Made by a program: the position numbers and the translations under genes. From the sequence record OR352940.1: 64,000 nt of DNA; one strand, given 5' to 3'. The stretch is from Escherichia phage AV110. The notes beneath the pieces were generated by a model, which did no database searches, was not told the origin of the DNA, and saw only the letters and a list, made by a program, of their open reading frames with translations. The first letter of the stretch is position 1. Each line of letters starts with the position of its first letter. This document shows, piece by piece, positions 16,506 through 25,531 of the stretch.

Positions 16506-17183
16506 TTATCGCTGTTTTACACTTAACGGGTCAGGATTCTCAGGGACATCTTCAAGGCCAAGCGCATAACGCTGAGCATATTTTAACATCAAAATATCTT
16601 TAGCACAATCATGAATACTATCATGGGCAACGAATCCTTTTAGCGTACCCATCGGTAATGGACACATACTTAATCCTCGTGTCAACGAGTAAGCTTCGAT
16701 TGCCGTACGAATATCGCGTTGAGCCCAGAATTTAACCGGTTCTAATTTATCAGTATCAATATCTGGTTCAAGAACACCTTCATCACGATAGAGGTCACGA
16801 ATCAAATCGACCAAGATTGGGAAGTCAAAGCTCATACCACGGCACCACATCTGTGATTTCCATTGGTCAACTTTATTATCTCGGCAATAGTCTAAAAAGA
16901 TTTTAATGCCTTCAAGCGTAGTGACATCATCTTCAGACGGAGCCAGGTTTTTACGCGCTTCAGCCGATTGTTCTTTCCACCATTTCATAGTGGATTTAGC
17001 GAAAACTCGCTTCCCTTTCTGAGAAGCTAAATTAAATTTAATTCGCTTACCTCGTTGAACAAGTTCTTCAAATGATTCAACAACTTCAGGGTCGGAATTA
17101 TATGCAATAACCGCAAGGTCAATAACAGCCGCTTTTGATGTATTGCCGAATGTTTCAAAATCTATAATAACATCAGTGCTCAT
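16506..17183 (-). CDS. dexA: exonuclease A (DexA), DnaQ-like 3'-5' exonuclease
   Basis: 225 aa; exo I motif VIIDFETFG near N-terminus; size and position as T4 dexA. Confidence 0.8.
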   Translation of the reverse strand: MSTDVIIDFETFGNTSKAAVIDLAVIAYNSDPEVVESFEELVQRGKRIKFNLASQKGKRVFAKSTMKWWKEQSAEARKNLAPSEDDVTTLEGIKIFLDYCRDNKVDQWKSQMWCRGMSFDFPILVDLIRDLYRDEGVLEPDIDTDKLEPVKFWAQRDIRTAIEAYSLTRGLSMCPLPMGTLKGFVAHDSIHDCAKDILMLKYAQRYALGLEDVPENPDPLSVKQR

Positions 17184-17192
17184 AATTTTCTC

Positions 17193-18506
17193 TCAAATAA
17201 AATGGACGTCAAACCGTCCACGAGTTGTGCCGACATACAATAACTGTTTAGCTAATTCTGAATCGGCATAATGGATACACGGTGTATAAACAAAGGCAGT
17301 GTCAACAGACATACCCTGGGCCTTATGGAAGGTTGATACAGGTAGTGCCTTCACCTTAGTGAACATACGTTTAGCATCCCAGAATTCGCTCCATGGGGCT
17401 TTACCACCTTTATTCCAGAATTTATATGTTTCTGCTGTCTTAGCCAAAAACAAATTGAATTTATAAAGCTCTTCTTCAGAAGAAATAACCTTTATATCTT
17501 CGCGGATGTATTCTTCATCATCCCCATATGTTTCTACTGTAAGATTCCAGTATCGTATCATATATTCGCCTGAAACACCACGTGCTTTAACGAATGTAGA
17601 CGTTTCTACAGCATCTCGAATACGAACGAATTGCCCGTTATTGAAAAGCATTTCGGTCATATTTTTACCATCTAGCTTATATGTCTTAGTAAATGGCTCT
17701 TGTAGAACAATGACTTCGTCTTTAATAAATGGTTTTTCTGTTTCAAGAAGTTTTCGGCGAATAATTGAATTTAACTTGTCCACCGACTTATTTGTGAATG
17801 CCATCATTCGATTTTCGAAAAGGTCTTCAGGAGTTTTAACGACGTTAAAATAGTTCATCATATACGATTTAAGGTCTGTATATCCATGAACACCGTGTCC
17901 ATCAACTACTTTATCGTAAATCCATTTGCCATTACGAATATCAGTCGCAACATCAATAATTGGTGCATTGCTACGTTTAACTTCTGTAAGGTTGCATTGC
18001 ACGAAGTCTTTGTGAGTGAAGAAAGGACTTAGATACGCAGTTGATTCGCCTGGGTCTACCGGACGAATCTGGCATCGGTCGCCGATTCCAATTACTGTAC
18101 ACCATTTAGGGATACTAGCTAACATTATTTTAAACAGAGAACGGTCGCACATTGACGCTTCATCAAATAACAGTACACGACACAAGGCTAAGTCGGGAAC
18201 CTTTTTCTGTTCAAACAATACGTTTTCTTCGTATGTAGTTGGGTTGATTTTAAGAATGCTATGAATAGTCGATGCTTCTTGACCCGCAAGTTTGCTTAGA
18301 ACCTTTTTAGCAGCATGTGTAGGGGCTGCTAAAATAATACCTGATTCTCCTGAAGAAATAAGAGCTTCAACAATAAATCTAGTAAGGGTTGTTTTACCTG
18401 TACCAGCCGGTCCATTAATAGTTACATGATGTTTCTTTTCTTTAATAGCTTCCATAACAACGTTGAAGGCGTTTTTCTGGCCTTCAGTCAAATCATCAAA
18501 TGTCAT
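17193..18506 (-). CDS. dda: Dda DNA helicase (SF1)
   Basis: 437 aa; Walker A GPAGTGKTT, helicase motifs; size and position as T4 dda (439 aa). Confidence 0.9.
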   Translation of the reverse strand: MTFDDLTEGQKNAFNVVMEAIKEKKHHVTINGPAGTGKTTLTRFIVEALISSGESGIILAAPTHAAKKVLSKLAGQEASTIHSILKINPTTYEENVLFEQKKVPDLALCRVLLFDEASMCDRSLFKIMLASIPKWCTVIGIGDRCQIRPVDPGESTAYLSPFFTHKDFVQCNLTEVKRSNAPIIDVATDIRNGKWIYDKVVDGHGVHGYTDLKSYMMNYFNVVKTPEDLFENRMMAFTNKSVDKLNSIIRRKLLETEKPFIKDEVIVLQEPFTKTYKLDGKNMTEMLFNNGQFVRIRDAVETSTFVKARGVSGEYMIRYWNLTVETYGDDEEYIREDIKVISSEEELYKFNLFLAKTAETYKFWNKGGKAPWSEFWDAKRMFTKVKALPVSTFHKAQGMSVDTAFVYTPCIHYADSELAKQLLYVGTTRGRFDVHFI

Positions 18507-18814
18507 CGTAAAGTCCCTGCAATTGGAATACTAACAATACGGCCTGTGTCCAGGATTCGTTGATACAATCTTTGCGTCTCCGCATCTAGTTTAACGTGTT
18601 TCATTTCAAGCTTATTAAACCAGAACTTACGCGGAGTTTCGACCATTCTTAGAACTCCCATTTTTAAATCTGTTTTATACTGTGTTTTCAAAGTATCGAA
18701 AACTTTATCTGCAATATCCTTTCTAAAAAATACTGCAGGACGATGCTCATCAAGTGGAACCGGGACAGTAAATCCTTCCATATCTCGATAAACTATTGCA
18801 TATACATAAACCAT
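18503..18814 (-). CDS. hypothetical protein (103 aa)
   Basis: ORF overlapping dda start by 4 nt; position of T4 dda.1. Confidence 0.5.
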   Translation of the reverse strand: MVYVYAIVYRDMEGFTVPVPLDEHRPAVFFRKDIADKVFDTLKTQYKTDLKMGVLRMVETPRKFWFNKLEMKHVKLDAETQRLYQRILDTGRIVSIPIAGTLR

Positions 18815-18816
18815 AA

Positions 18817-19563
18817 TTAACCTTTAATCAGTTGGAATAATGATGCGCTAAGTGGTAAGCCACGTTTCAATTTTAATTTACCAATGAAACCAATCTTTTC
18901 AAAACGTTGCAGACCTTGGATAACTTTATCATATGTATCGAAAAGCGATTCAGCATCAGTTAATTTAGTTTTAGTTTTCCAGTCAGAGCCTTTAAGAAGA
19001 ACGTTGAGTTTAGTAAGTTCATGGCCTTCTGCTTGATGTGAGCCATTAATACGTGCTTTCAAAGCAACAATTCTAAGTTTAGATTCGTTAGATAAAGGTT
19101 GATTTTTCATCATGTTCGCCATATGCTTAACACGATTTTCACGTTTTGCTCGGATTTTTAAAATAGTATCATAAACATTTTTAATTTGGGCCCATTTCTT
19201 CTCGTCGAGATTAAGTTTCTCTACTTTACGGGCAGAAGGATTAGCGATACGTCTTGCAATGGCATCACGTTTCACAATAAGTTCTTCTAATGTTAAATCA
19301 GAACGAGCCGTGTTATATTTTTTCTTAACTGGGATAACATTGCCTTTAATGTAGCCTATATCATTATTAAAACGTTCTAAGGATAATTTCTCACCTTCAA
19401 CAGAGTTATTGAAAGATTCACCTGAGTAAGCGCAGACCTTTTGATCAAGAATGTTTTTAAGGTAATTAAAGTCTAAGTTAAAATCCTTAGAGCGTCTCTT
19501 CGCAGAAGCTCTGGTGTGGTCAAGACGACGATTGATTTTGTTAATTTTATTATTTGATAACAT
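18817..19563 (-). CDS. basic protein in srd position (248 aa)
   Basis: Lys/Arg-rich; position between dda.1 and modA matches T4 srd; not verified by sequence. Confidence 0.4.
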   Translation of the reverse strand: MLSNNKINKINRRLDHTRASAKRRSKDFNLDFNYLKNILDQKVCAYSGESFNNSVEGEKLSLERFNNDIGYIKGNVIPVKKKYNTARSDLTLEELIVKRDAIARRIANPSARKVEKLNLDEKKWAQIKNVYDTILKIRAKRENRVKHMANMMKNQPLSNESKLRIVALKARINGSHQAEGHELTKLNVLLKGSDWKTKTKLTDAESLFDTYDKVIQGLQRFEKIGFIGKLKLKRGLPLSASLFQLIKG

Positions 19564-19613
19564 AATATTTTCCTCTGTCTTACGGACGTTAAGGTCATTT
19601 AGCTGATAAGCTT

Positions 19614-19642
19614 ATAATATCATGCCCTCAGGTAGTGTACAC
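19614..19642 (-). promoter_or_regulatory. early-type promoter (GTGTAC-17-TATTAT)
   Basis: Upstream of srd-position gene, heading the srd-dda-dexA string. Confidence 0.4.
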
Positions 19643-19716
19643 TCTTTTTTCATAAAATGCTTTAATTTTTTATGTGTTATAATGGTTCTGAGTTCCATCC
19701 GGTTATTCCAATTCAG

Positions 19717-20325
19717 TCAGTAACTGACAATAGACAGATTCCAGATTGTATAACGTCCATCTTGAATAATAGAATCTACACGCAGTGTAGTCCCTATAGG
19801 GAGCATAAATTCACATTCGTCAGATATAAGTCTAGCATTAGACCGTCTTGTCGCTTCAGGGAAAGCTCCATTGAACTCACAAGATGGCGCAGCCAGAATC
19901 ATGTTAAGCATATGTTCACGGAAGTTGAAAGCAAATGGTGCATCTTTGATGCAGAACATATTAAATGTTCCGTAAAAATTATACGAAGCAAAGTTACGTG
20001 CTACACCGAACACTGGGCTGAAGCTCATTACTCTGTCAAATTTAATAATACTACCAATGCCTTTATCATCGAGTGTAGCCATAGTTTTCTTAGAGATTCC
20101 ACGATACATTGTCTCAGGAACAGAAGACGTCCAATTTCTACGAACGATTGAACTTAACTCCTGTTGAATACAGTCTGGCTTGTTTTCCATACACTGCCAA
20201 AGGATGCTTTGTTCATTATCGTTGAATTGACTATCAATTTCGTACTGCAATACATCTTGATATTCGGGGTTTTGAGCACGACGAACCATTTCTTCAATTT
20301 CACACTCGTTATACGGCATAAACAT
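19717..20325 (-). CDS. modA: ADP-ribosyltransferase, ModA-like
   Basis: 202 aa; R-S-ExE triad candidates (YRG, FSPVFG, ECEF); paralogue of next gene; position as T4 modA. Confidence 0.55.
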   Translation of the reverse strand: MFMPYNECEIEEMVRRAQNPEYQDVLQYEIDSQFNDNEQSILWQCMENKPDCIQQELSSIVRRNWTSSVPETMYRGISKKTMATLDDKGIGSIIKFDRVMSFSPVFGVARNFASYNFYGTFNMFCIKDAPFAFNFREHMLNMILAAPSCEFNGAFPEATRRSNARLISDECEFMLPIGTTLRVDSIIQDGRYTIWNLSIVSY

Positions 20326-20353
20326 TTAGGTTTCTCCTGTGGTTGATAAAGGT

Positions 20354-20382
20354 ATAGTATCATCATCGGAAGAGTTTGTACA
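20354..20382 (-). promoter_or_regulatory. early-type promoter (TGTACA-17-TACTAT)
   Basis: Upstream of ModA-like gene. Confidence 0.4.
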
Positions 20383-20964
20383 CTAAAAATTCAACATTTT
20401 CAAATGAATGATTTTGTATAATCGAGATAAAGGGTCATATTCTAAGTCTTCAATTTCCACAATCTCAAATCTAGAGATACCTGAGACCATGTACTCTTGT
20501 TCAGATTCAATCATATCTAGGACATCGATACGAGTTTCTTCCATAACATGCTTAGGGTTCTTTCCGGCGAGTACAATGTTAACCATGTTTTGGTAGTAAT
20601 CAAAAATGAATGGAGCATTCCTGAGACTAAGAATAGTGTACGTCTGATATTCCCATCTCCCAGAGAATTGACGAGCTGTACTGAAATCAGTTGTGAACGA
20701 TGTTACTCGTCCAGGAGACCAATGGCATCCAACAGAAAGAAGAGAAAGACGTTCTACTTCTTCTGGAGTTACACCACGGTAGAGTTCTACTGGTACTGTA
20801 GAAGTCATATGCTTACGAACAAGATGGTCTAATTCATAGTGGAAATCCGGGTCTTCCTTAGAATCGGTGCAAGCCCAGAGAATGTTTTGTTCTTGGCGGG
20901 TGAATTTGCTATCAATCAGATTTGTTAGGTATTCACGTTCTTGAAGTTCAGATTGACATGTCAT
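20383..20964 (-). CDS. modB: ADP-ribosyltransferase, ModB-like
   Basis: 193 aa; YRG, FTTDFSTA, EQEY motifs; N-terminal EQNILWAC shared with ModA-like neighbour. Confidence 0.55.
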   Translation of the reverse strand: MTCQSELQEREYLTNLIDSKFTRQEQNILWACTDSKEDPDFHYELDHLVRKHMTSTVPVELYRGVTPEEVERLSLLSVGCHWSPGRVTSFTTDFSTARQFSGRWEYQTYTILSLRNAPFIFDYYQNMVNIVLAGKNPKHVMEETRIDVLDMIESEQEYMVSGISRFEIVEIEDLEYDPLSRLYKIIHLKMLNF

Positions 20965-20991
20965 GATAGACCTCCATTTAAAGATAAGCCT

Positions 20992-21022
20992 ATCATAACA
21001 CGAGAGGAGGGAATGTAAACTA
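20992..21022 (-). promoter_or_regulatory. possible early promoter (GTTTAC-19-TATGAT)
   Basis: Upstream of ModB-like gene; spacing slightly long. Confidence 0.3.
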
Positions 21023-21180
21023 CTTTTTAAGCTTTCCTACTAAAAGTCCGTCAGGACCAGGTTGTTCTAACATGAATAAGGATGCTTTAAAAAGCAATGT
21101 CAACCCTTTCACCATTCGATACCATGTCTCAAAGTCTTTTTCCTTGATTTCTAGTAAGAATTTCTCTTTAAATTTCTCTT

Positions 21181-21369
21181 TCATTTCCAAGGACTCCATG
21201 GTGGAGGGTCATCATAATAAGAGGCAAGGTCTTTCAGGGCTTCAACAGGTAAACTAAAGCCGTGTCGTTGTATAATACTATCTAGTTCATCGACAAGTTC
21301 ACTACAATGCACTTTAGGAGCCTTGACTTCAGGCTCGTCAAACATACTCATAAGGTCCATATTATTCAC
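21181..21369 (-). CDS. hypothetical protein (62 aa)
   Basis: ORF with stop/start overlap to upstream ORF. Confidence 0.4.
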   Translation of the reverse strand: MNNMDLMSMFDEPEVKAPKVHCSELVDELDSIIQRHGFSLPVEALKDLASYYDDPPPWSPWK

Positions 21370-21826
21370 CTAAATAAAAACTAGGCTGCTCGGAGAATGT
21401 TTCTAGCGCTACACCTTTTGCCTTAAAAAAATTCCAAATAGCTCGTTGCAAATGGATTAAATCTGCTAATGATGTAATAAAGTATTTTTTGGCAAAATAC
21501 TTATGGTCTCGCTTTTCAAACAAGTCTAAACGCTTTTCAGGATTCACATAAACAGCATTTTCTGTAGATTCGTACCCTAAATCCTTTATGCCTTCTTCAA
21601 GACTAAACGGAGAATTTTTAGAATGAGTAATAGCTCCAACTCGCTCTACACGAATTTTGTAACCTTTAGGAATCTGCAATTTGCAGAATTCTTCTACGAT
21701 ATATTGCGGATTATTTAGACTTTTGTTAATGAGAATAGCTATTTCTAGTGGGGTCTTATCTTCTACTGGTATATGTTTAAACGACTTGGCTTCAAGCAAA
21801 TACATTTTAAATAACATAGCATCCAT
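21362..21826 (-). CDS. hypothetical protein (154 aa)
   Basis: ORF, coding-like composition, coupled to neighbours. Confidence 0.5.
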   Translation of the reverse strand: MDAMLFKMYLLEAKSFKHIPVEDKTPLEIAILINKSLNNPQYIVEEFCKLQIPKGYKIRVERVGAITHSKNSPFSLEEGIKDLGYESTENAVYVNPEKRLDLFEKRDHKYFAKKYFITSLADLIHLQRAIWNFFKAKGVALETFSEQPSFYLGE

Positions 21827-22032
21827 TATAATTTCCTCGATGGTTCACCCATATAAAGTTTTACAATACGTTCGCCTTCATCTTCGACGAGCTTTTCTTC
21901 ATGTTTCTGGAATTCTTTAGCCATATTCTCTTCAAGAACATCCAGCCAATCTTCTGGACCGACACCATCGTCCCAGCTTTTAAACCATTTAACTATCTTG
22001 TTCATTCGCAGCTCCCTGAGCTTGAACCACAA
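21826..22032 (-). CDS. hypothetical protein (68 aa)
   Basis: ORF coupled to neighbours. Confidence 0.4.
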   Translation of the reverse strand: MWFKLRELRMNKIVKWFKSWDDGVGPEDWLDVLEENMAKEFQKHEEKLVEDEGERIVKLYMGEPSRKL

Positions 22033-22325
22033 TCAGAATAACTTGACCCGGAATCACCAGGCCAAGACGATACGTATGAATGATTATAACTTGAAGAGCT
22101 TGAAGCGTTAACCTGTTTTGTTTTTGGTCGAATAACTTCTTCCATCATGCCGTCACCAATGTATTCCCAACTTTTTTCGTGTGTATCAGGAATAGGCATC
22201 ATACCTTCGCCTGGTTTAACAGCAAACAACTTCTTCAGCATCGTAAGCATTAATTGTTCCTCGAACAAAACGAACACCACCGTCATCCCAACGGATTTCG
22301 GCATTAAATTTGACGTCTTCACCAT
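22002..22325 (-). CDS. hypothetical protein, start uncertain
   Basis: Ser/Gly/Cys-rich C-terminus; 5' part overlaps next ORF in another frame, true start probably internal (MMPIPD, near 22202). Confidence 0.3.
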   Translation of the reverse strand: MVKTSNLMPKSVGMTVVFVLFEEQLMLTMLKKLFAVKPGEGMMPIPDTHEKSWEYIGDGMMEEVIRPKTKQVNASSSSSYNHSYVSSWPGDSGSSYSDCGSSSGSCE

Positions 22326-22443
22326 CCATCATGAATGAGTGTACGACTACATCATCATAATATCCAAGGCCGTACTTTAATGAAACTTCTTGAGCAATCA
22401 AAGCACCTAATGTGTTATTAGGTTTAATCCAACGATTTAACAT
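22216..22443 (-). CDS. hypothetical protein (about 76 aa)
   Basis: ATG at 22443 preceded by AGGAG; track start 22512 lies in promoter/terminator region. Confidence 0.4.
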   Translation of the reverse strand: MLNRWIKPNNTLGALIAQEVSLKYGLGYYDDVVVHSFMMDGEDVKFNAEIRWDDGGVRFVRGTINAYDAEEVVCC

Positions 22444-22471
22444 ATTGTTCTCCTCTTGAGTAAGTAAGAAT

Positions 22472-22501
22472 ATCTTAACACAGTTTTTAGTGGTTGTAAA
22501 C
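22472..22501 (-). promoter_or_regulatory. early promoter (GTTTAC-18-TAAGAT)
   Basis: Follows soc terminator; tgTTAAGAT element shared with 51399-51428. Confidence 0.4.
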
Positions 22502-22516
22502 TGTAGAAACAAAAAA

Positions 22517-22536
22517 AGGAATCCCGAAGGATTCCT
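22517..22536 (-). terminator. intrinsic terminator downstream of soc
   Basis: AGGAAUCC-UUCG-GGAUUCCU followed by UUUUUUUGUU. Confidence 0.65.
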
Positions 22537-22544
22537 TAAATTAT

Positions 22545-22781
22545 TTAACCACTTACTGGTGTAGGGGTAAACATTGCAGCGTTCTTAGTTTTCCAGTCAG
22601 CTGCATCAGAAACTACAGTAGAATAAGCTGCCTTTTCTGATGGAAAGATTTGGTAATGAGAATCTGCAATCCGATGTTCGTTTGAATAAATCTCAAACGG
22701 CACAGAAACTTCCATACCTTTAACTTCTTTACCTTCACCAGCAGGATGCGTAAAGGTTTTGATGTTTACATAACCACCCAT
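22545..22781 (-). CDS. soc: small outer capsid protein Soc
   Basis: 78 aa; GYVNIKTF...HYQIFPSEKAAYSTV matches T4 Soc as recalled; late promoter TATAAATA about 32 nt upstream; UUCG terminator downstream. Confidence 0.8.
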   Translation of the reverse strand: MGGYVNIKTFTHPAGEGKEVKGMEVSVPFEIYSNEHRIADSHYQIFPSEKAAYSTVVSDAADWKTKNAAMFTPTPVSG

Positions 22782-22783
22782 AA

Positions 22784-23122
22784 TTAACTCCTTTGTTGTT
22801 TAATTACAGGTGTATTTATAATGAATTTCTTCGGGACAATAAAATATCCGAATTTAGCTAATATAACAACATCACCGTTAATTATTACCGGAGAATAATC
22901 ATCTGGAGTATTAAATTTCCAGTGGAGTCTAGTATTATATCCATCAGAGCCGAATGCTTTATTAGCCGGTCTCCCGGCTTTTTGCCATGCATAAAAATCA
23001 AGTTTCATTTGCAACCCAATCAACCATATGTAGATGGTCTGATAATTGACTAACATGCTGAAGCTGATTAGACAGGAGCTTACAAATAAGCTCACTGTTA
23101 TCATTTTTAAATAGTTGGTCAA
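22784..23122 (-). CDS. hypothetical protein, start uncertain
   Basis: N-terminal third looks non-genic; C-terminal part may be a short protein starting near 23008. Confidence 0.35.
   Translation of the reverse strand: MTNYLKMITVSLFVSSCLISFSMLVNYQTIYIWLIGLQMKLDFYAWQKAGRPANKAFGSDGYNTRLHWKFNTPDDYSPVIINGDVVILAKFGYFIVPKKFIINTPVIKQQRS
22813..22820 (-). promoter_or_regulatory. late promoter TATAAATA for soc
   Basis: Exact T4 late consensus on minus strand about 32 nt upstream of soc ATG; soc is a late capsid gene. Confidence 0.6.
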
Positions 23123-23170
23123 TACGTTTCTTATGAGCTTTCTTAAGCTGACGTTTATTTAAACAAGCCA

Positions 23171-23692
23171 TTAATAACCTCGGTCTTGACGAGCAAAGTT
23201 TTCAGCATTCTTCAGATAATACAGTTTAAAGATTTCTTCAGCAGAAAGACCCAGACCTTGGAACATGTTCAGAACGAAGTGCAGAATATCAATCATTTCG
23301 AATTTAATTTCGAGCTGGTCTTCAGGAGACAGTTCATCAATACGACGATTACGATATTCAGCATGTTGTGCTTTCCATGGCTTCCACACAGAGCTAGCGG
23401 CTTTTTCACCATTGCTCATACCACCAAGTGAAGTCAGCAGTTCACGGAATTCATCATCAATATAATCTTTCTGATTACGCAGCCAATCAACAACATCGCC
23501 TGCAGTGGCCAATTCATCAGGATGTTTGTTATGTTCAGGCTTGTCATTTGCCAGGCGAACCTGTAAAGATTTCTGCATATCAAGCATTACCTGCAGTGGG
23601 TCTTTATCTTCGTGAATCAGAGCATTAAAATAAGCTTCTTCCGCTTTATCAACACCAGAAATAAGTTGTGAACATTCGTTAAAGTGTGCCAT
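23171..23692 (-). CDS. 56: dCTP pyrophosphatase gp56 (MazG-like)
   Basis: 173 aa from MAHFNEC (ATG 23692, AGGA RBS); MazG-type helical NTP-PPase, size as T4 gp56; track start uses an upstream TTG. Confidence 0.85.
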   Translation of the reverse strand: MAHFNECSQLISGVDKAEEAYFNALIHEDKDPLQVMLDMQKSLQVRLANDKPEHNKHPDELATAGDVVDWLRNQKDYIDDEFRELLTSLGGMSNGEKAASSVWKPWKAQHAEYRNRRIDELSPEDQLEIKFEMIDILHFVLNMFQGLGLSAEEIFKLYYLKNAENFARQDRGY

Positions 23693-23780
23693 TATTTTTC
23701 CTTTCAATTCAGTATAAGAGAGTTAATTCTAACATTAATTTTATAAAGCGTAATAAATAATAGGTAACTAAGGAGATATT

Positions 23781-23978
23781 ATGTTTAAACTTCCATCGTT
23801 AATCAACGCTATTAAAGGCAATAAAAAGAAAACTGCTATCGCTGCAATAGTTGTAGGTGGCATTATTTCATGGAACTTCGGGATTGCACCATTGTTAGTT
23901 GCCCATGGTATTATAGTTCCTTCTGTTCCATTGGATACTGTAGTTGATTTGGCCTTTGCTATTATAGGGCTTGTTTAA
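23781..23978 (+). CDS. small membrane protein (65 aa), plus strand
   Basis: Strong RBS AAGGAGATATTATG; two hydrophobic segments; convergent with gene 61; one of very few credible plus-strand genes. Confidence 0.45.
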   Translation: MFKLPSLINAIKGNKKKTAIAAIVVGGIISWNFGIAPLLVAHGIIVPSVPLDTVVDLAFAIIGLV

Positions 23979-24997
23979 ATCTTCGAATAACGAGATAATC
24001 TCATTTTAGCATGCAACCCACTTGAAATATTCTGTTTCATATATTCTAAAATTTCTTGTGGTGTTGCATTTTCTTTCATTACCATATCATTCACATCCTT
24101 TGAACTCCATGGAGCTCTATCCCAGAACATGACACGTTCGCCTGCATCAACTAATCGCTTCATGCGAGCTATAGTATCCGGATGCCTAGGTTCATTATCC
24201 ATTACCCATACCCGACGTTCTTTAAATGGTACCACATCTAAATCTATCGAGCCGCCTGTAATAGCGATTGCATTGGGTATGAATAAACTATCAATAGGGC
24301 CTTCCATTACCCAGACGTCTCCTTCCTTAACACGTTCAACACCATAAATTTTTGTTGCAGACTCAAACGCTTTAATAGTGATATATTTCTGAGGAGCATC
24401 TTTACGAAGTGCACGTCCTTGGAATGACTCGGCCTTCCCATCTTTATTAAAAATAGGAATCACTAAACGTGGTTCGGGGATCTCTTTCTTATACGTACCA
24501 GGTTGAATCTTGTTGACCAATTTGGGCCATTCTAATGTGAACCATAATCTGTTCCACGATTCTTTAGGAATACATCTAGACTTAACATATTTCACAATAG
24601 GATGCTCTTCAGGCAACTTGTCCAGACGAGAACAAGACGGCAAAGAATTTATAGTCTTTTTCTCTGGCTCCGGCTTAGCTTCAGGAACCTTTTCAATCTT
24701 TGGTTCCATTCTAGCTTTTTCTTTACGAACTTCCATTAGATACTCGCGATAAAGCTCTTCATCATACTCTTTTAAGTATCCGGAAATTGTATTGTGGTAT
24801 TGACAGTTATAGCAATGCACATTACCAGGAGTACCGCCATAATACCAACCGCGGGCTTTCATTGCATCTGTCTGAGAGTCGCCACAAACTGGACAACGAA
24901 ACGTTAATTTAAATGTGCTTGAATTATTGATTTGTCTAAAACGAGGGAGGTGAGAAAACGCACGATAAGCAAATTCATTATCTATCCATTCAGCCAT
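23975..24997 (-). CDS. 61: DNA primase gp61
   Basis: 340 aa; WIDNEFAYRA...FRCPVCGDS zinc ribbon and TOPRIM-like core matching T4 gp61 as recalled. Confidence 0.9.
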   Translation of the reverse strand: MAEWIDNEFAYRAFSHLPRFRQINNSSTFKLTFRCPVCGDSQTDAMKARGWYYGGTPGNVHCYNCQYHNTISGYLKEYDEELYREYLMEVRKEKARMEPKIEKVPEAKPEPEKKTINSLPSCSRLDKLPEEHPIVKYVKSRCIPKESWNRLWFTLEWPKLVNKIQPGTYKKEIPEPRLVIPIFNKDGKAESFQGRALRKDAPQKYITIKAFESATKIYGVERVKEGDVWVMEGPIDSLFIPNAIAITGGSIDLDVVPFKERRVWVMDNEPRHPDTIARMKRLVDAGERVMFWDRAPWSSKDVNDMVMKENATPQEILEYMKQNISSGLHAKMRLSRYSKI

Positions 24998-25002
24998 AGT
25001 AT

Positions 25003-25022
25003 TCTCCAGAGGCCTTAAATTA
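25003..25022 (-). promoter_or_regulatory. RNA hairpin immediately upstream of gene 61 RBS
   Basis: GGCCUUA...UAAGGCC stem followed by CUGGAG and AUG of gene 61. Confidence 0.35.
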
Positions 25023-25036
25023 ATAAGGCCATCTTA

Positions 25037-25531
25037 TCACAACTTATTAATATTTACTTTAATTCGCTTTCTTTTCTTGGAAGGAATTTGTTCGGGACCT
25101 TTATTTACAATTGCACCTGTAGTAGTTCCTGATGCAATAGCTTGAGGATTGCCGTCTGAATCACCAGCAACCATATCCTCAAATAAAGGGAGTTCTTTAA
25201 ATATTTCTTTCTGTTGTTCTTCCGTAATGTTATAGCGTGAAGCTACAGCACTCCAGGCAGACATCATTGAGGCCATTCCATTAAGACCTGGAACAGTGCT
25301 CATCATTCGCTTCATTGAACGAACTGAAGCATGAAAAGGTGTATAAGCCGCTTTCTCTTCAGGAGTGGAAGGACGTTTAAGAACACTTCCACGTTCATCG
25401 ATGATTTTGGCTTCGTATGCTTTCCATTCGGTAAAAGGTTTTTGCATTAGTCGAATAAACTTATATGCATAAACAGAATCTATTGCAGTGTTAATAATAC
25501 CCATAGGTACCTCCTGAGTATATTTAATCAA
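25037..25531 (-). CDS. hypothetical protein (164 aa)
   Basis: ORF in position of T4 61.1; basic C-terminus KKRKRIK. Confidence 0.5.
   Translation of the reverse strand: MIKYTQEVPMGIINTAIDSVYAYKFIRLMQKPFTEWKAYEAKIIDERGSVLKRPSTPEEKAAYTPFHASVRSMKRMMSTVPGLNGMASMMSAWSAVASRYNITEEQQKEIFKELPLFEDMVAGDSDGNPQAIASGTTTGAIVNKGPEQIPSKKRKRIKVNINKL

Noticed and set aside
21072-21257. Plus-strand ORF 21072..21257 in the ModB upstream gap
   Set aside because: No RBS, low-complexity translation, and it overlaps the minus-strand ORF 21181..21369.
23170-23173. Apparent 1-nt frame inconsistencies between my hand-indexed stop codons and ORF-track ends (e.g. gene 56 stop, ORF 58311..59306 stop)
   Set aside because: Most likely my own indexing error on the printed sequence rather than real frameshifts; track coordinates were used for listed ORFs and hand-derived coordinates are flagged as approximate.
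23693-23707. N-terminal extensions MKGKIM on gp56 and NrdC (and similar extended starts at 49056, 15946, 14402, 49981, 51532)
   Set aside because: The extensions begin at non-ATG codons or inside promoter/RBS sequence; the internal ATG has a proper Shine-Dalgarno and gives the length known for the T4 protein.
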